Notes under the pieces: model-generated | Database searches by the model: none | Told to the model about the DNA's origin: nothing | What the model saw: the letters and a program-made list of their open reading frames with translations, nothing else | Shown here: positions 1 to 8,010 of the stretch, in pieces | Numbering within the stretch: position 1 is the stretch's first letter | Layout: every line of letters begins with the position of its first letter | From: Candidatus Nitrospira inopinata | GTDB lineage: Bacteria; Nitrospirota; Nitrospiria; Nitrospirales; Nitrospiraceae | Length of the DNA: 32,000 nucleotides | NCBI RefSeq assembly: GCF_001458695.1 | Contig: NZ_LN885086.1 | Span: 1,470,001 to 1,502,000 of the forward strand | Direction of reading: 5' to 3' | Position numbers and translations under genes: made by a program

Positions 1-334
1 TCGTCACGTCCCCTTGCCGGAACGTGACGTTGGTCGAGCCCAGACGCTTGGCCTTCCGTTCGGCGGCGGCGACCATCTGCTCGGCGAGATCAAGCCCGAT
101 CACCCTGCCCGACGGTCCGACTGTCTGGGCGGCGAGCAGGGCTGGATAACCGGTGCCGGAGCCGAGGTCGAGCACCTTCATGCCGGGGCGTAGGCGCGCG
201 TCGCCGACCAGCCGGTGATTGAGGAACGTCATCTGCTCGTCGAAGAACCGGTCCCACTTTTCCCAGCCGGGGGCGACACGGTTCCAATCCGATCGTTGGG
301 TTGCAATGATCTGTTCAGCGGTTGGCCGTGTCAT
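1..334 (-). CDS. Class I SAM-dependent methyltransferase, N-terminal part only (C-terminus runs off the left window edge)
   Basis: My own translation of the minus strand from the ATG at 334-332 gives MTRPTAEQIIATQRSDWNRVAPGWEKWDRFFDEQMTFLNHRLVGDARLRPGMKVLDLGSGTGYPALLAAQTVGPSGRVIGLDLAEQMVAAAERKAKRLGSTNVTFRQGDVT. It contains SAM-binding motif I (VLDLGSGTG). The frame stays open to position 1. It is missing from the ORF track because there is no stop codon in the window. Confidence 0.7.
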   Translation of the reverse strand, partial: MTRPTAEQIIATQRSDWNRVAPGWEKWDRFFDEQMTFLNHRLVGDARLRPGMKVLDLGSGTGYPALLAAQTVGPSGRVIGLDLAEQMVAAAERKAKRLGSTNVTFRQGDVT

Positions 335-360
335 GGTGTCACGATCCTTGCTGTCGTTTG

Positions 361-813
361 TTAAGAAGAAAGGGCCTGCCTCTTGAGACCCTGGAGGACC
401 TCGCGCAGCGACTTCAATTCGGCGAGGCACCGATCAAGGTGCTGATCCCGTTGGGGCTGTTGATCCTTGAGTGCCCAAAGCCGGTGAAAGAGCAGCCGCA
501 GCGTTTTCTTGTGGGTGATGAGCAGGTCGGAAGCCGGCTGGGTGATCTGCGAGGCGACCGCCGCGTCCATGGCGTCGAACAAGGCGTGCAATTGATTGTG
601 ATAATCGTCCAGGGCCCGGTCCTTCCCTGTGCCGCCTTTGGCTTGGGTCGCGCTCGCCTCCAACATGGCTGTCAGGTTGAGCAACGTGTCTACGGCGGTG
701 GGACCCTTGGCCTGCCGGACATAGTCATCGGCGCGGGGATAAAACAGGTAACTGCATCCGCTGGAGACGGTAACAAGCAAACAGAGCCCAAGGATTCCGG
801 ATAAGTGTTTCAT
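361..813 (-). CDS. Hypothetical lipoprotein (signal peptide ending in Cys)
   Basis: 150-aa ORF. The N-terminus MKHLSGILGLCLLVTVSSGC looks like a lipoprotein signal peptide. A Shine-Dalgarno (SD) sequence AAAGAGG lies 3-4 nt upstream of the ATG. I recognised no family. Confidence 0.55.
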   Translation of the reverse strand: MKHLSGILGLCLLVTVSSGCSYLFYPRADDYVRQAKGPTAVDTLLNLTAMLEASATQAKGGTGKDRALDDYHNQLHALFDAMDAAVASQITQPASDLLITHKKTLRLLFHRLWALKDQQPQRDQHLDRCLAELKSLREVLQGLKRQALSS

Positions 814-918
814 GGGACCTCTTTTAGCACGTCAACCGGCTCCGTTCTTGAACGTCGAGGCCGGCACGGTGGTCGCGTCGAATCTTATGCGATACCGGTA
901 TGGTCTTGCAATCGACCG

Positions 919-1242
919 TCATCCTCCCGCCATGGCACCGACGATCAGCAACGGCTCCTCCCCTTTGGCCACCGCTTCCGGCAGCGGCGCGTCCAGGGAT
1001 TCATGAGAAAGATCCCGTTCGCAGGCGAAGAAGCGGATGAACGGCCGGCGCTTCAGCGTCACGTGATCGCGGATCGTGCCGCGCAGCATCGGATACCGCC
1101 GCTCCAGCGCATCGAGCACGGCGCGCTGCGTGATCGGGGCCGGCACGTCCAATTGGACTTCGCCGCCCACGCGCGCCAGCGTGCGCAAGTGTTGGGGCAA
1201 CACAACTCGGACCAGTCGGTTCTCCGTCGCGTCATTCGTCAT
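919..1242 (-). CDS. MoaD/ThiS-family ubiquitin-like small protein (C-terminal Gly-Gly)
   Basis: 107-aa ORF ending ...[10 protein letters not shown] immediately before the stop. The N-terminal [13 protein letters not shown]...VQLDVP pattern is typical of MoaD/ThiS beta-grasp sulfur carriers. The SD is weak, so the exact start is uncertain. Confidence 0.7.
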   Translation of the reverse strand: MTNDATENRLVRVVLPQHLRTLARVGGEVQLDVPAPITQRAVLDALERRYPMLRGTIRDHVTLKRRPFIRFFACERDLSHESLDAPLPEAVAKGEEPLLIVGAMAGG

Positions 1243-1315
1243 GCGTTAACCGTCTTTCGCGGGAAGCACGACCGTCGATTCCGTCGTTTGAAGGTTGCCG
1301 CTCGACCATTGACGC

Positions 1316-2500
1316 TTACGGGAGCGTTTGCACTTCCACCGACAGCACTGGCGGCAAATCCCGCGCGATGGGCTCCCAACTGTCGCCGCCATCGGCGGAC
1401 CCATAGACCTGCCCGCCGGTCGTTCCGAAGTAGATGCCGCATGGATCGAGATGATCGACGGCCATCGCGTCCCGCAGCACATTCACATAACAGTGCTGCT
1501 GCGGCAATCCCTTTGTGAGCGGCTCCCACTCGTTGCCCCCTGTCCGGCTTCGATAGACGCGCAGCTTGCCGTCCGGCGGGAAATGTTCCGAATCGCTCTT
1601 GATCGGGACGACGTAGATCGTATTCGGCTCGTGCGCATGGACCTCGATCGGAAAGCCGAAATCGCTCGGCAGGTTGCCGCTGATCTCACGCCACGATCGG
1701 CCCGCGTCGTCGCTCCGCAGCACGTCCCAATGTTTTTGCATGAAGAGCACGTTCGGACGGGACGGATGCATGGCAATCCGGTGCACGCAATGGCCGACAT
1801 CGGCGTCCGGGTCCGGCAGCTCATAATTCGAGCGCAGTCCCTTGTTGATCGGCCGCCAGGTCTTCCCGCCATCGTCCGTGCGGAAAGCCCCGGCCGCGGA
1901 GATGGCGACATAGATGCGTTGCGGGTCGGCTGGATCCAGCATGATCGTATGGAGGCACAGGCCGCCCGCGCCGGGCTGCCAGAGACTGCCCTTCACCTCG
2001 CGCAAGCCGGCCAACTCGCGCCACGTCTTCCCACCGTCGGTGGAGCGGAAGAGGGCGGCATCTTCGACGCCCGCGTATACCGTCTCCGGATCGGTCAACG
2101 AGGGCTCGAGGTGCCACACCCGTTTGAACTCCCATGGCTTCTGTGTGCCGTCGTACCACTGGTGCGTCGTCAACGGTCGTCCGGTTTCGATCGAGGTGTC
2201 ATACGCGAACATGTTGCTGGTCCCCGTCGGCATGCCGTCCGGCCCCATCAGATCCTCTGGCTTCGTTCCCGGCGGAGTCCATGTCTTGCCGCCGTCGTCG
2301 GAGCGCTGAATTACTTGGCCGAACCAACTGCTCGTTTGCGAGGCGTAAATCCGGTTCGGATTCACGGGCGAGGCCTTGAGATGGTACAGCTCCCAGCCGC
2401 CAAAGTGAGGGCCGTTGACGTCCCACCGTTTCCGTTTGCCGTCCGACGTGAGAATGAACGCGCCCTTCTTGGTTCCGACCAATAACCGTATGCCGCTCAT
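1316..2500 (-). CDS. BNR/Asp-box repeat beta-propeller protein (sialidase-like / glycosyl-hydrolase-like fold)
   Basis: 394-aa ORF with five SxDxGxTW-type Asp boxes: [53 protein letters not shown] lies 6 nt upstream of the ATG. No signal peptide is visible. The 385-aa antisense ORF is rejected. Confidence 0.8.
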   Translation of the reverse strand: MSGIRLLVGTKKGAFILTSDGKRKRWDVNGPHFGGWELYHLKASPVNPNRIYASQTSSWFGQVIQRSDDGGKTWTPPGTKPEDLMGPDGMPTGTSNMFAYDTSIETGRPLTTHQWYDGTQKPWEFKRVWHLEPSLTDPETVYAGVEDAALFRSTDGGKTWRELAGLREVKGSLWQPGAGGLCLHTIMLDPADPQRIYVAISAAGAFRTDDGGKTWRPINKGLRSNYELPDPDADVGHCVHRIAMHPSRPNVLFMQKHWDVLRSDDAGRSWREISGNLPSDFGFPIEVHAHEPNTIYVVPIKSDSEHFPPDGKLRVYRSRTGGNEWEPLTKGLPQQHCYVNVLRDAMAVDHLDPCGIYFGTTGGQVYGSADGGDSWEPIARDLPPVLSVEVQTLP

Positions 2501-2518
2501 ATCCCGCTCCTTTCCACG

Positions 2519-3013
2519 CTATCGGCCTTCGTACGCATCTTGGATCGCCTTGAGATCGGGCTTGGTCATTCGCAGAATGGCCTCCATCACTCGCTCCGAT
2601 CTCCTGCCGTCAGAGTCCCGCAACATGTCATCCCACATCGGTGATACGATCTGCCAGGACAGCCCGTAGCGGTCTTTGAGCCATCCGCACTGACCTTGCT
2701 CGCCTCCCTCGGAGAGTTTCTCCCACATCTCGTCAATCTCCTGTTGCGAGTCGCATTTCACCATGAACGAGATCGCCTCGCTGAATTTGAAGAGCGGCCC
2801 GCCATTGAGAGCCAAGAACTGCTGACCTGCGATGACAAACTCCACGGTCATGACCGAGCCTATCGGTCGGCCCGAGACCCGGGCGCCGGCTTCTCCATAA
2901 CGGGTGATCGCTCCCAGCTTCGAATTCTTGAATACTGACACGTAAAATATCGCCGCCTCTTCGGCTTGGTCGTCAAACCAGAGACATGGACTGATCCGTT
3001 GCAAATACGCCAT
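2519..3013 (-). CDS. VOC-superfamily protein of the PhnB-like / '3-demethylubiquinone-9 3-methyltransferase domain' type
   Basis: 164-aa ORF. The N-terminal ISPCLWFDDQAEEAAIFYVSVF, and later ...CGWLKDRYGLSWQI, are characteristic of this family. SD GAAGGGGAG lies upstream. Confidence 0.8.
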   Translation of the reverse strand: MAYLQRISPCLWFDDQAEEAAIFYVSVFKNSKLGAITRYGEAGARVSGRPIGSVMTVEFVIAGQQFLALNGGPLFKFSEAISFMVKCDSQQEIDEMWEKLSEGGEQGQCGWLKDRYGLSWQIVSPMWDDMLRDSDGRRSERVMEAILRMTKPDLKAIQDAYEGR

Positions 3014-3067
3014 GGTGCGCTCCCCTTCTTCGCCCGCCTTGTTCTATTGAATACTCTTTCGCGGAGC

Positions 3068-3433
3068 CTATTCATTTGGCAGCGCCGGCACCGTTCGAAC
3101 CGGGCGGATCTCCACCGTTCCGATCCGCGCGCCTGGAATCCTGCCGGCGACGGCGATCGCGTCATCGAGATCGCGCGCGTCAATCAAAAAGTAGCCCGCC
3201 AATTGCTCACGCGTTTCAATGAACGGCCCGTCGGTAATCGAGCGTGTGCCGTGACGCACGTGGACGCAGGTGGCGGTGGACGTGGGCTGCAGCGGCGAAG
3301 CATGCACGTATTGGCCTGTGGCATGAAGCTCATGGCAGAGCCGGATGGATTCCGCCAGCATGTCGCTCCGCACGGCCTCGCTCATCTTCGCGAACGCCTC
3401 TTCATTGTGATACACCAACAACAAGTACTTCAT
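3068..3433 (-). CDS. YciI-family (DGPF-domain) protein, copy 1
   Basis: 121-aa ORF. It has MKYLLLVYHNEE... and the signature ITDGPFIETREQLAGYFLIDARDLDDAI. SD GGAGAGGAG lies upstream. Confidence 0.85.
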   Translation of the reverse strand: MKYLLLVYHNEEAFAKMSEAVRSDMLAESIRLCHELHATGQYVHASPLQPTSTATCVHVRHGTRSITDGPFIETREQLAGYFLIDARDLDDAIAVAGRIPGARIGTVEIRPVRTVPALPNE

Positions 3434-3463
3434 GGGCTCCTCTCCGATGGCTTGCCGACATAA

Positions 3464-3495
3464 GATAGTCGTGCGGCAAGCCGAAAATCGACAGG
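3464..3495 (-). promoter_or_regulatory. Candidate ECF-type promoter (site A): TGTCGA-N16-CGAC
   Basis: Minus strand 3495..3464 reads CCTGTCGATTTTCGgcttgccgcaCGACTATC and ends 30 nt upstream of the YciI ATG at 3433. It is 26/32 identical to the element at 5852..5883, with the same spacing. Confidence 0.55.
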
Positions 3496-3729
3496 CGTCT
3501 TAGAAGGCGTGAGACGCGCACGACGGATCAAGACCGGCGAGATCCGCAGGCGGACTCTCCATCGTCTTAGAAATGCAGGGATTAGACAAGGGGATGGAAG
3601 CCCGTCGGCAAAGGGCAGACCGACGCGGATGGACGCGCCAACAAGCTGCTCCCTGCGAATCACCGCGGCTTCGAGGCGGCACGTATGGACTTCGGATCAG
3701 GGATTGAGATTGAGCCGGTGCTCAGCCCT

Positions 3730-4980
3730 CTATCCCAGCTCGTGCAATCGCCGCTCCAAAAACCGCCGTTCCGGTTCCAACTTTGTGAGATCGAGGGCTC
3801 GTTGGTAGGACGCCCGCGCATCTTCTTTCCTTCCGAGTCGGCGGAAGAGATCGGCCCGCGCGGAATGGATCAGGTGATAGCCGGTCAGCTCACCGCGCGC
3901 CAAAATCGCTTCGACCAGCTCGAGTCCGGACGCCGGTCCATCGCGCATCGCGACCGCCACCGCGCGATTGAGTTCGACGATCGGCGACGGTTCAACCCGC
4001 AAGAGCAGCTCGTAGAGCGCGACGATCTGAGCCCAATCCGTCCCGGCGGCGGTGGCAGCCTCGGCATGGACCGCTGCGATCGCCGCCTGCAGCGTATAGG
4101 GACCGAACCGCTTCGACGACAGCGCCCGTTCAACCAGCGTGATGCCGTCAGCGATGTCGTCGCGATTCCACCGCGAACGGTCCTGGTGTTCCAAGAGGAT
4201 CAAGTCTCCCGTCTCCGAAGTCCGCGCGGCACGCCGTGACTCATGGAGCAGCATCAGGGCGAGCAGGCCCATGACTTCCGGCTCCGGTAGGAGCTGTAAC
4301 AGCAGCCGTCCCAATCTGATGGCCTCGCCGGAAAGATCGGCCCGAGTCAGCGAGGCTCCCGACGAAGCGGCATAGCCCTCATTGAACACCAGATAGATGA
4401 CGTGCAAGACCGCATCCAACCGCGTCGGCAGTTCAGACGGCGGAGGGACCTTGTAGGGAATGCGCGCATCACGGATCTTCGCTTTGGCCCGCACGATCCG
4501 TTGCGCCAACGTCGAAGGCGACGCCAAGAACGCCCGCGCCACTGCCTCCGTCGTGAGGCCGCAGACTTCGCGAAGCGTCAAGGCGATTTGGGCTTCCGGT
4601 TTGAGCGACGGATGGCAGCAGGTGAAGATCAATCGCAGGCGGTCGTCCTGGATAGGGTCGTCGTCTTCCTCCTCCGACGGATTGTGCGTGGCCGTCTCGA
4701 TCTGCTTGGCCAGCTCGTTCAGCGAGGCATCGTAGCGGGCGCGCCGCCGCATGCCGTCGATCGCCTTGAAGCGCCCGGTGGATACCAGCCAGGCGCGTGG
4801 GTTGGCCGGCACACCGTCCCGAGGCCACTGCTCCATGGCGGCGGCGAAGGCCTCGTGTAGGGCTTCTTCGGCGAGGTCGAAGTCCTTGAGCAGGCGAATC
4901 AGGGTCGCGAGGACGTGCCGCGACTCGGTCCGATAGACCTGGTCCACCGTTGTGCGCGCCTGGTCCACCGCGTCGTTCAT
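3730..4980 (-). CDS. ECF sigma factor with long C-terminal TPR-like extension (ECF42-type)
   Basis: 416-aa ORF. The N-terminal sigma-70 region 2/4 core includes ...[55 protein letters not shown] helical-repeat tail of about 200 aa follows, ending ...[26 protein letters not shown]. The start lies 6 nt after the stop of the upstream YciI gene. Flanking YciI/DGPF genes are the context described for group ECF42. Confidence 0.85.
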   Translation of the reverse strand: MNDAVDQARTTVDQVYRTESRHVLATLIRLLKDFDLAEEALHEAFAAAMEQWPRDGVPANPRAWLVSTGRFKAIDGMRRRARYDASLNELAKQIETATHNPSEEEDDDPIQDDRLRLIFTCCHPSLKPEAQIALTLREVCGLTTEAVARAFLASPSTLAQRIVRAKAKIRDARIPYKVPPPSELPTRLDAVLHVIYLVFNEGYAASSGASLTRADLSGEAIRLGRLLLQLLPEPEVMGLLALMLLHESRRAARTSETGDLILLEHQDRSRWNRDDIADGITLVERALSSKRFGPYTLQAAIAAVHAEAATAAGTDWAQIVALYELLLRVEPSPIVELNRAVAVAMRDGPASGLELVEAILARGELTGYHLIHSARADLFRRLGRKEDARASYQRALDLTKLEPERRFLERRLHELG

Positions 4981-4986
4981 CGCCCA

Positions 4987-5346
4987 TCAGTCCGCGCAGC
5001 CGAGCTCTTTCATCGGACGCACCTCGACGCTGCCGATGCGCGCGGCGGGAAACCGGGAGGCAATGCGGACGGCGTCGTTCAGGTCCTGCACATCGAGCAT
5101 GAGAAATCCGCCGAGCTGCTCCTTCGTCTCGGCAAAGGGGCCGTCGGTGATCGAGACCTGGCCGTTGCGGACCCGTACGGTTGTGGCGGTCTCCACTGGG
5201 TGAAGAGGAGAGGCGGCAAGAAGCTGGCCGATCTTCTGCAATTGGTCGCAGTAGGCGATCGATTCGTCGGAGATAGCCTTTCGTTCGTTCTTTGGGAGCG
5301 CGTTCAGGGCTTTCTCTTCAACATAGATGAGGCAGAGATATTTCAT
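4987..5346 (-). CDS. YciI-family (DGPF-domain) protein, copy 2
   Basis: The track ORF is 4987..5358. I prefer the ATG at 5346 (MKYLCLIYVEE...), which matches the paralogue's N-terminus and has a GGAG SD 6 nt upstream. Signature: ITDGPFAETKEQLGGFLMLDVQDLNDAV. Confidence 0.85.
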   Translation of the reverse strand: MKYLCLIYVEEKALNALPKNERKAISDESIAYCDQLQKIGQLLAASPLHPVETATTVRVRNGQVSITDGPFAETKEQLGGFLMLDVQDLNDAVRIASRFPAARIGSVEVRPMKELGCAD

Positions 5347-5397
5347 GATGAACTCCAAGTCGATTTAGTGGTTTTGAGGCGGATTGAACATCCGATA

Positions 5398-5811
5398 TTA
5401 CTTGGCGCGCTGGTTCGTTTCCCACAGTGCAAACGAGTTGCCTTCCGTGTCTGAGCAGATCGCAAAGTAGCCCATGCCTGGCACCGCGGTTTTCGATTTA
5501 CAAATCGTTCCCCCGAGTTGCCCCACTTTCGCAATCGCGTCGCTTACCGAGGGCACGCTGACATAGTTCGTGATGGGCTGTTGGGGATGCATGCGCGGCA
5601 TGAGGCCTCCGTCCGGTGAGGCATCCGCGCCGCCCGTATCGATGTGCCAGTAGTCGTATATGGGCGATGGAATCTTGTCGAACGTCCAGCCGAAGAGCGA
5701 GCCGTAGAATTTCTTGGCTCGCTCGATATCATCGGCCGGAATTTCAAACCAGACGATACTGGCTGCTGTCTTGCCGTTCTTGGCTTTCTGCTTCTTTGTC
5801 TCTTGTGCCAT
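5398..5811 (-). CDS. VOC / glyoxalase-bleomycin-resistance-family protein
   Basis: The track ORF is 5398..5847. I prefer the ATG at 5811 (MAQETKKQ...), which has a strong SD GAAGGAGG 5 nt upstream. The candidate promoter at 5852..5883 would also place the transcription start site (TSS) downstream of 5847. Motifs: VWFEIPADDIERAKKFYGSLFGW ... GYFAICSDTEGNSFALW. Confidence 0.8.
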   Translation of the reverse strand: MAQETKKQKAKNGKTAASIVWFEIPADDIERAKKFYGSLFGWTFDKIPSPIYDYWHIDTGGADASPDGGLMPRMHPQQPITNYVSVPSVSDAIAKVGQLGGTICKSKTAVPGMGYFAICSDTEGNSFALWETNQRAK

Positions 5812-5851
5812 TACATCCTCCTTCTCTATGGTGAGTGGGCCGCTCACATCG

Positions 5852-5883
5852 GATAGTCGTTGAGAGAGACGAAAATCGACAGG
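5852..5883 (-). promoter_or_regulatory. Candidate ECF-type promoter (site B): TGTCGA-N16-CGAC
   Basis: Minus strand 5883..5852 reads CCTGTCGATTTTCGtctctctcaaCGACTATC and ends 40 nt upstream of the ATG at 5811, the first gene of the VOC-YciI-sigma unit. It is a near-duplicate of site A. Confidence 0.55.
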
Positions 5884-5947
5884 AGACCCTGACCCCTCCT
5901 TCTTATCAGGCTTTTCCTCGTCGCAGTTTCAAAAGGGAAAGGGTCGG

Positions 5948-6130
5948 TCAGGCCTGGTCATCGCTGGGAGTCGGCCATAACGAAAGTGTGACACCGGCGA
6001 TCAAGTATACGATAGCTGCAATGATGGCGCCCGTGTTCAGCTCATACCAGGCGTTTATCCCCAGAAACAGTTCGTTGAAAAAGAGTGCCAGGATCAACAT
6101 GACGATTCCAACCCAATTGAGTGCACTCAT
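5948..6130 (-). CDS. Small membrane protein (about 60 aa, two predicted TM helices)
   Basis: The track ORF is 5948..6214. The internal ATG at 6130 is preceded by AAAGGAGA 7 nt upstream. Product: MSALNWVGIVMLILALFFNELFLGINAWYELNTGAIIAAIVYLIAGVTLSLWPTPSDDQA, which contains two hydrophobic stretches. Confidence 0.55.
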   Translation of the reverse strand: MSALNWVGIVMLILALFFNELFLGINAWYELNTGAIIAAIVYLIAGVTLSLWPTPSDDQA

Positions 6131-6205
6131 GGGATGTCTCCTTTCTTGTGAAGGCGTTCGCCTGGCCAATACAGTCTCTGACGGATGACCCTCCCTGCTC
6201 GAACT

Positions 6206-6233
6206 GGGGCGCATAGTACGGGGCGCATTCTAC
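6206..6233. repeat. Tandem 14-nt direct repeat (2 copies, 12/14 identical)
   Basis: GGGGCGCATAGTAC followed directly by GGGGCGCATTCTAC, inside the AT-richer divergent spacer 6131..6617. Confidence 0.6.
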
Positions 6234-6617
6234 GCCACGTCGATTTAAAAATGCCAGAGCTACGTGAGGCGGGATTTCTCCCTAGCGTTATCTCGTGTAA
6301 CCCTCCGATTTTCATCTCATCCCTCCCCGGTGAGACGTTGATGATCTTTAATGATTGTCGATGCGAAGGTCACATCATCCTCACGGTAGGCAAACTCATA
6401 CAGTTTCGAAAACCATCGATGAATTCAGTAGATACGCTAGGCCAAGCGTGGAGAGTGAATCCAAAGCCCTTCAAAGGAAAGGGATGAACGAATAGAGGGG
6501 ACGCTTCGGAATGCTTCAATAATGGCATCAAACATGAAGAGGGTGTTACAGGGGCACGACCCTTGCTGACTTCCGAAAATCGCCTCTCACTTCCATCTCC
6601 TTCAAAAGGAGGGTGCC

Positions 6618-7055
6618 ATGAGATTGGGAACTCGAGAAATCGTTCGTGCCGGATCCTATATCCCGAAAACCGTGTCCGCTCAGATTGCTGACGGTGTTCT
6701 TGCGAGAGAGGGGCTGGATGTCTTTTCCCCGAATCGCCGGAAGGAAACACGAACCGCCGAACAGAAGGTCTGCGAATACGAGATCTGTACGTCGATAGAC
6801 GAGGCCGGCGCGGTTATCGAACAGGGAGAGGCGTACAGTTTGAATCGAAGCGCCCATGGCATTCTCTTGTTGACGGGCTGTTTCCCTCAGGTGGGACAGA
6901 TTCTGGAGCTGCGGATCTCCGAATCTCGCTGGAGTCGCTCGGTCAGTTTGTACAACGTTCAATGGACCAAGCCGCTGCCGGTCGACTCCTGCGGTCGGCT
7001 TTGCTTGGTCGGATGCCGTCTGGTGTTCGGCCCCTCCCGTTACTGGGCGGTCTGA
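6618..7055 (+). CDS. PilZ-domain-like protein (putative c-di-GMP receptor)
   Basis: 145-aa ORF with an excellent SD (AAAAGGAGGgtgccATG). It contains RRKETR (RxxxR) followed about 30 aa later by NRSAHGILLLTGCFPQVGQILELRI, which matches (D/N)xSxxG plus the hydrophobic/G pattern of PilZ domains. Confidence 0.55.
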   Translation: MRLGTREIVRAGSYIPKTVSAQIADGVLAREGLDVFSPNRRKETRTAEQKVCEYEICTSIDEAGAVIEQGEAYSLNRSAHGILLLTGCFPQVGQILELRISESRWSRSVSLYNVQWTKPLPVDSCGRLCLVGCRLVFGPSRYWAV

Positions 7056-7095
7056 GCTCTTTCGTTTCTGGTATTGTGTCGCGACGGAGCGTCGC

Positions 7096-7791
7096 CTATT
7101 GGGGCGCTGTGAACGCGGCCTGTTCCTGTCCTTCGACCACCGGTTTGAGATAAATCTCCACGCGCCGGTTCTGACTGCGGCCTTCAAGGGTGGCATTGGA
7201 AGCCTTCGGCTGATTTTCGCCTCGTCCTTCCGTTCTTACGCGCTGCTCGTTGACCCCGGCGCTCATCAGTTTCGCGGCGACGGCGGCGGCGCGCGCCTGC
7301 GAGAGTTGCTGATTATAAGCCGTTGAGCCTTGATTGTCGGTATGGCCGATGACGTGGACCGCCGTGCTGTCGTACTCGGCGATGACCCCGCCGAGCTTGG
7401 TCAAGGCGTCCCCGAACGACGGTTTCACGTCGCTGCTGTTGGTGCCGAACGTGGCTTCGCCTCTCAAATCGACCTCGATGGTGTTGTCGGGGAGTTTTTT
7501 CAGCTCGATATCGTGATTCTTAAGCTCCTTGGCCAGTTTCTCTTCGATCGCTTTCTTTTGCTTGTCCATGTAGAGACCCACGCCGCCGCCGGCCAGGACA
7601 CCGACGGCGGCGCCGATGGCGGCCCCTCGGGCGCGGTTGTTTTTGTCGATGGCGGCGCCGGCCCCGGCGCCGATGGCGCCGCCGATGGCCGCTCCCATTT
7701 TTGTCTTTCGATAGGGGTCGTCTTCCGCGCATCCGGCGGTGAACATCGACAACAGGACGAAAGCCGCAGTCAGGCGATCCAAGCGAGGCAT
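7096..7791 (-). CDS. OmpA-family lipoprotein with N-terminal glycine-zipper segment
   Basis: The track ORF is 7096..7884. I prefer the ATG at 7791 (MPRLDRLTAAFVLLSMFTAGC..., lipobox), with SD AAGGAG 7 nt upstream. The Gly/Ala zipper is GAAIGGAIGAGAGAAID...GAAIGAAVGVLAGGGVG. The C-terminal OmpA-like domain includes HTDNQGSTAYNQQLSQARAAAV...NRRVEI. Confidence 0.8.
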   Translation of the reverse strand: MPRLDRLTAAFVLLSMFTAGCAEDDPYRKTKMGAAIGGAIGAGAGAAIDKNNRARGAAIGAAVGVLAGGGVGLYMDKQKKAIEEKLAKELKNHDIELKKLPDNTIEVDLRGEATFGTNSSDVKPSFGDALTKLGGVIAEYDSTAVHVIGHTDNQGSTAYNQQLSQARAAAVAAKLMSAGVNEQRVRTEGRGENQPKASNATLEGRSQNRRVEIYLKPVVEGQEQAAFTAPQ

Positions 7792-8010
7792 CAGAGTTCT
7801 CCTTTGTTTTTGGTCGTCGCGCTTGAGGTCGTCATTGAAAATGAGCGAAGAGCGCATCCGGTTGAGCAAGAAGCGATTACGCATGTATCAGACTCCCTTG
7901 TGCGCGGCAAGAAAAACTCTTTTTCGTGCCCATTGCCCCTTGTCACGAGCCCCGATAGAATCCGCCCTTCGCAGTGGCCGGGCCTTTGATCGTGTTTGGG
8001 GTGGGACCGC

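Noticed and set aside
1328-2485. 385-aa ORF antisense to the BNR propeller gene
   Set aside because: Its composition is Arg/Ala/Pro-biased and it has no motifs. The minus-strand frame has five Asp boxes and a good SD.
3496-3729. ORFs (3430..3663 and 3500..3682 minus strand, 3509..3808 plus strand) and a 10-nt direct repeat CGTCTTAGAA (3496-3505 and 3563-3572) in the sigma-YciI spacer
   Set aside because: The ORFs are Arg/Pro/Ser-rich, lack SD sequences and overlap one another. The repeat is short and could be chance. I treat the region as non-coding spacer carrying the promoter at 3464..3495. The GCGTCT...AGACGC hairpin (3495-3517) has an 11-nt loop and no U-tract.
5812-5847. Longer N-terminal extension of the VOC ORF (start at 5847, MSGPLTIEKEDV...)
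   Set aside because: It has no SD and would begin only about 5 nt from the candidate -10 box at 5856-5859. The internal ATG at 5811 has a strong GAAGGAGG SD.
6546-7196. 216-aa ORF antisense to the PilZ-like gene and overlapping the 3' end of the OmpA gene
   Set aside because: Its composition is Arg/Ser/Gln-rich, it has no SD, and it overlaps two better-supported genes.
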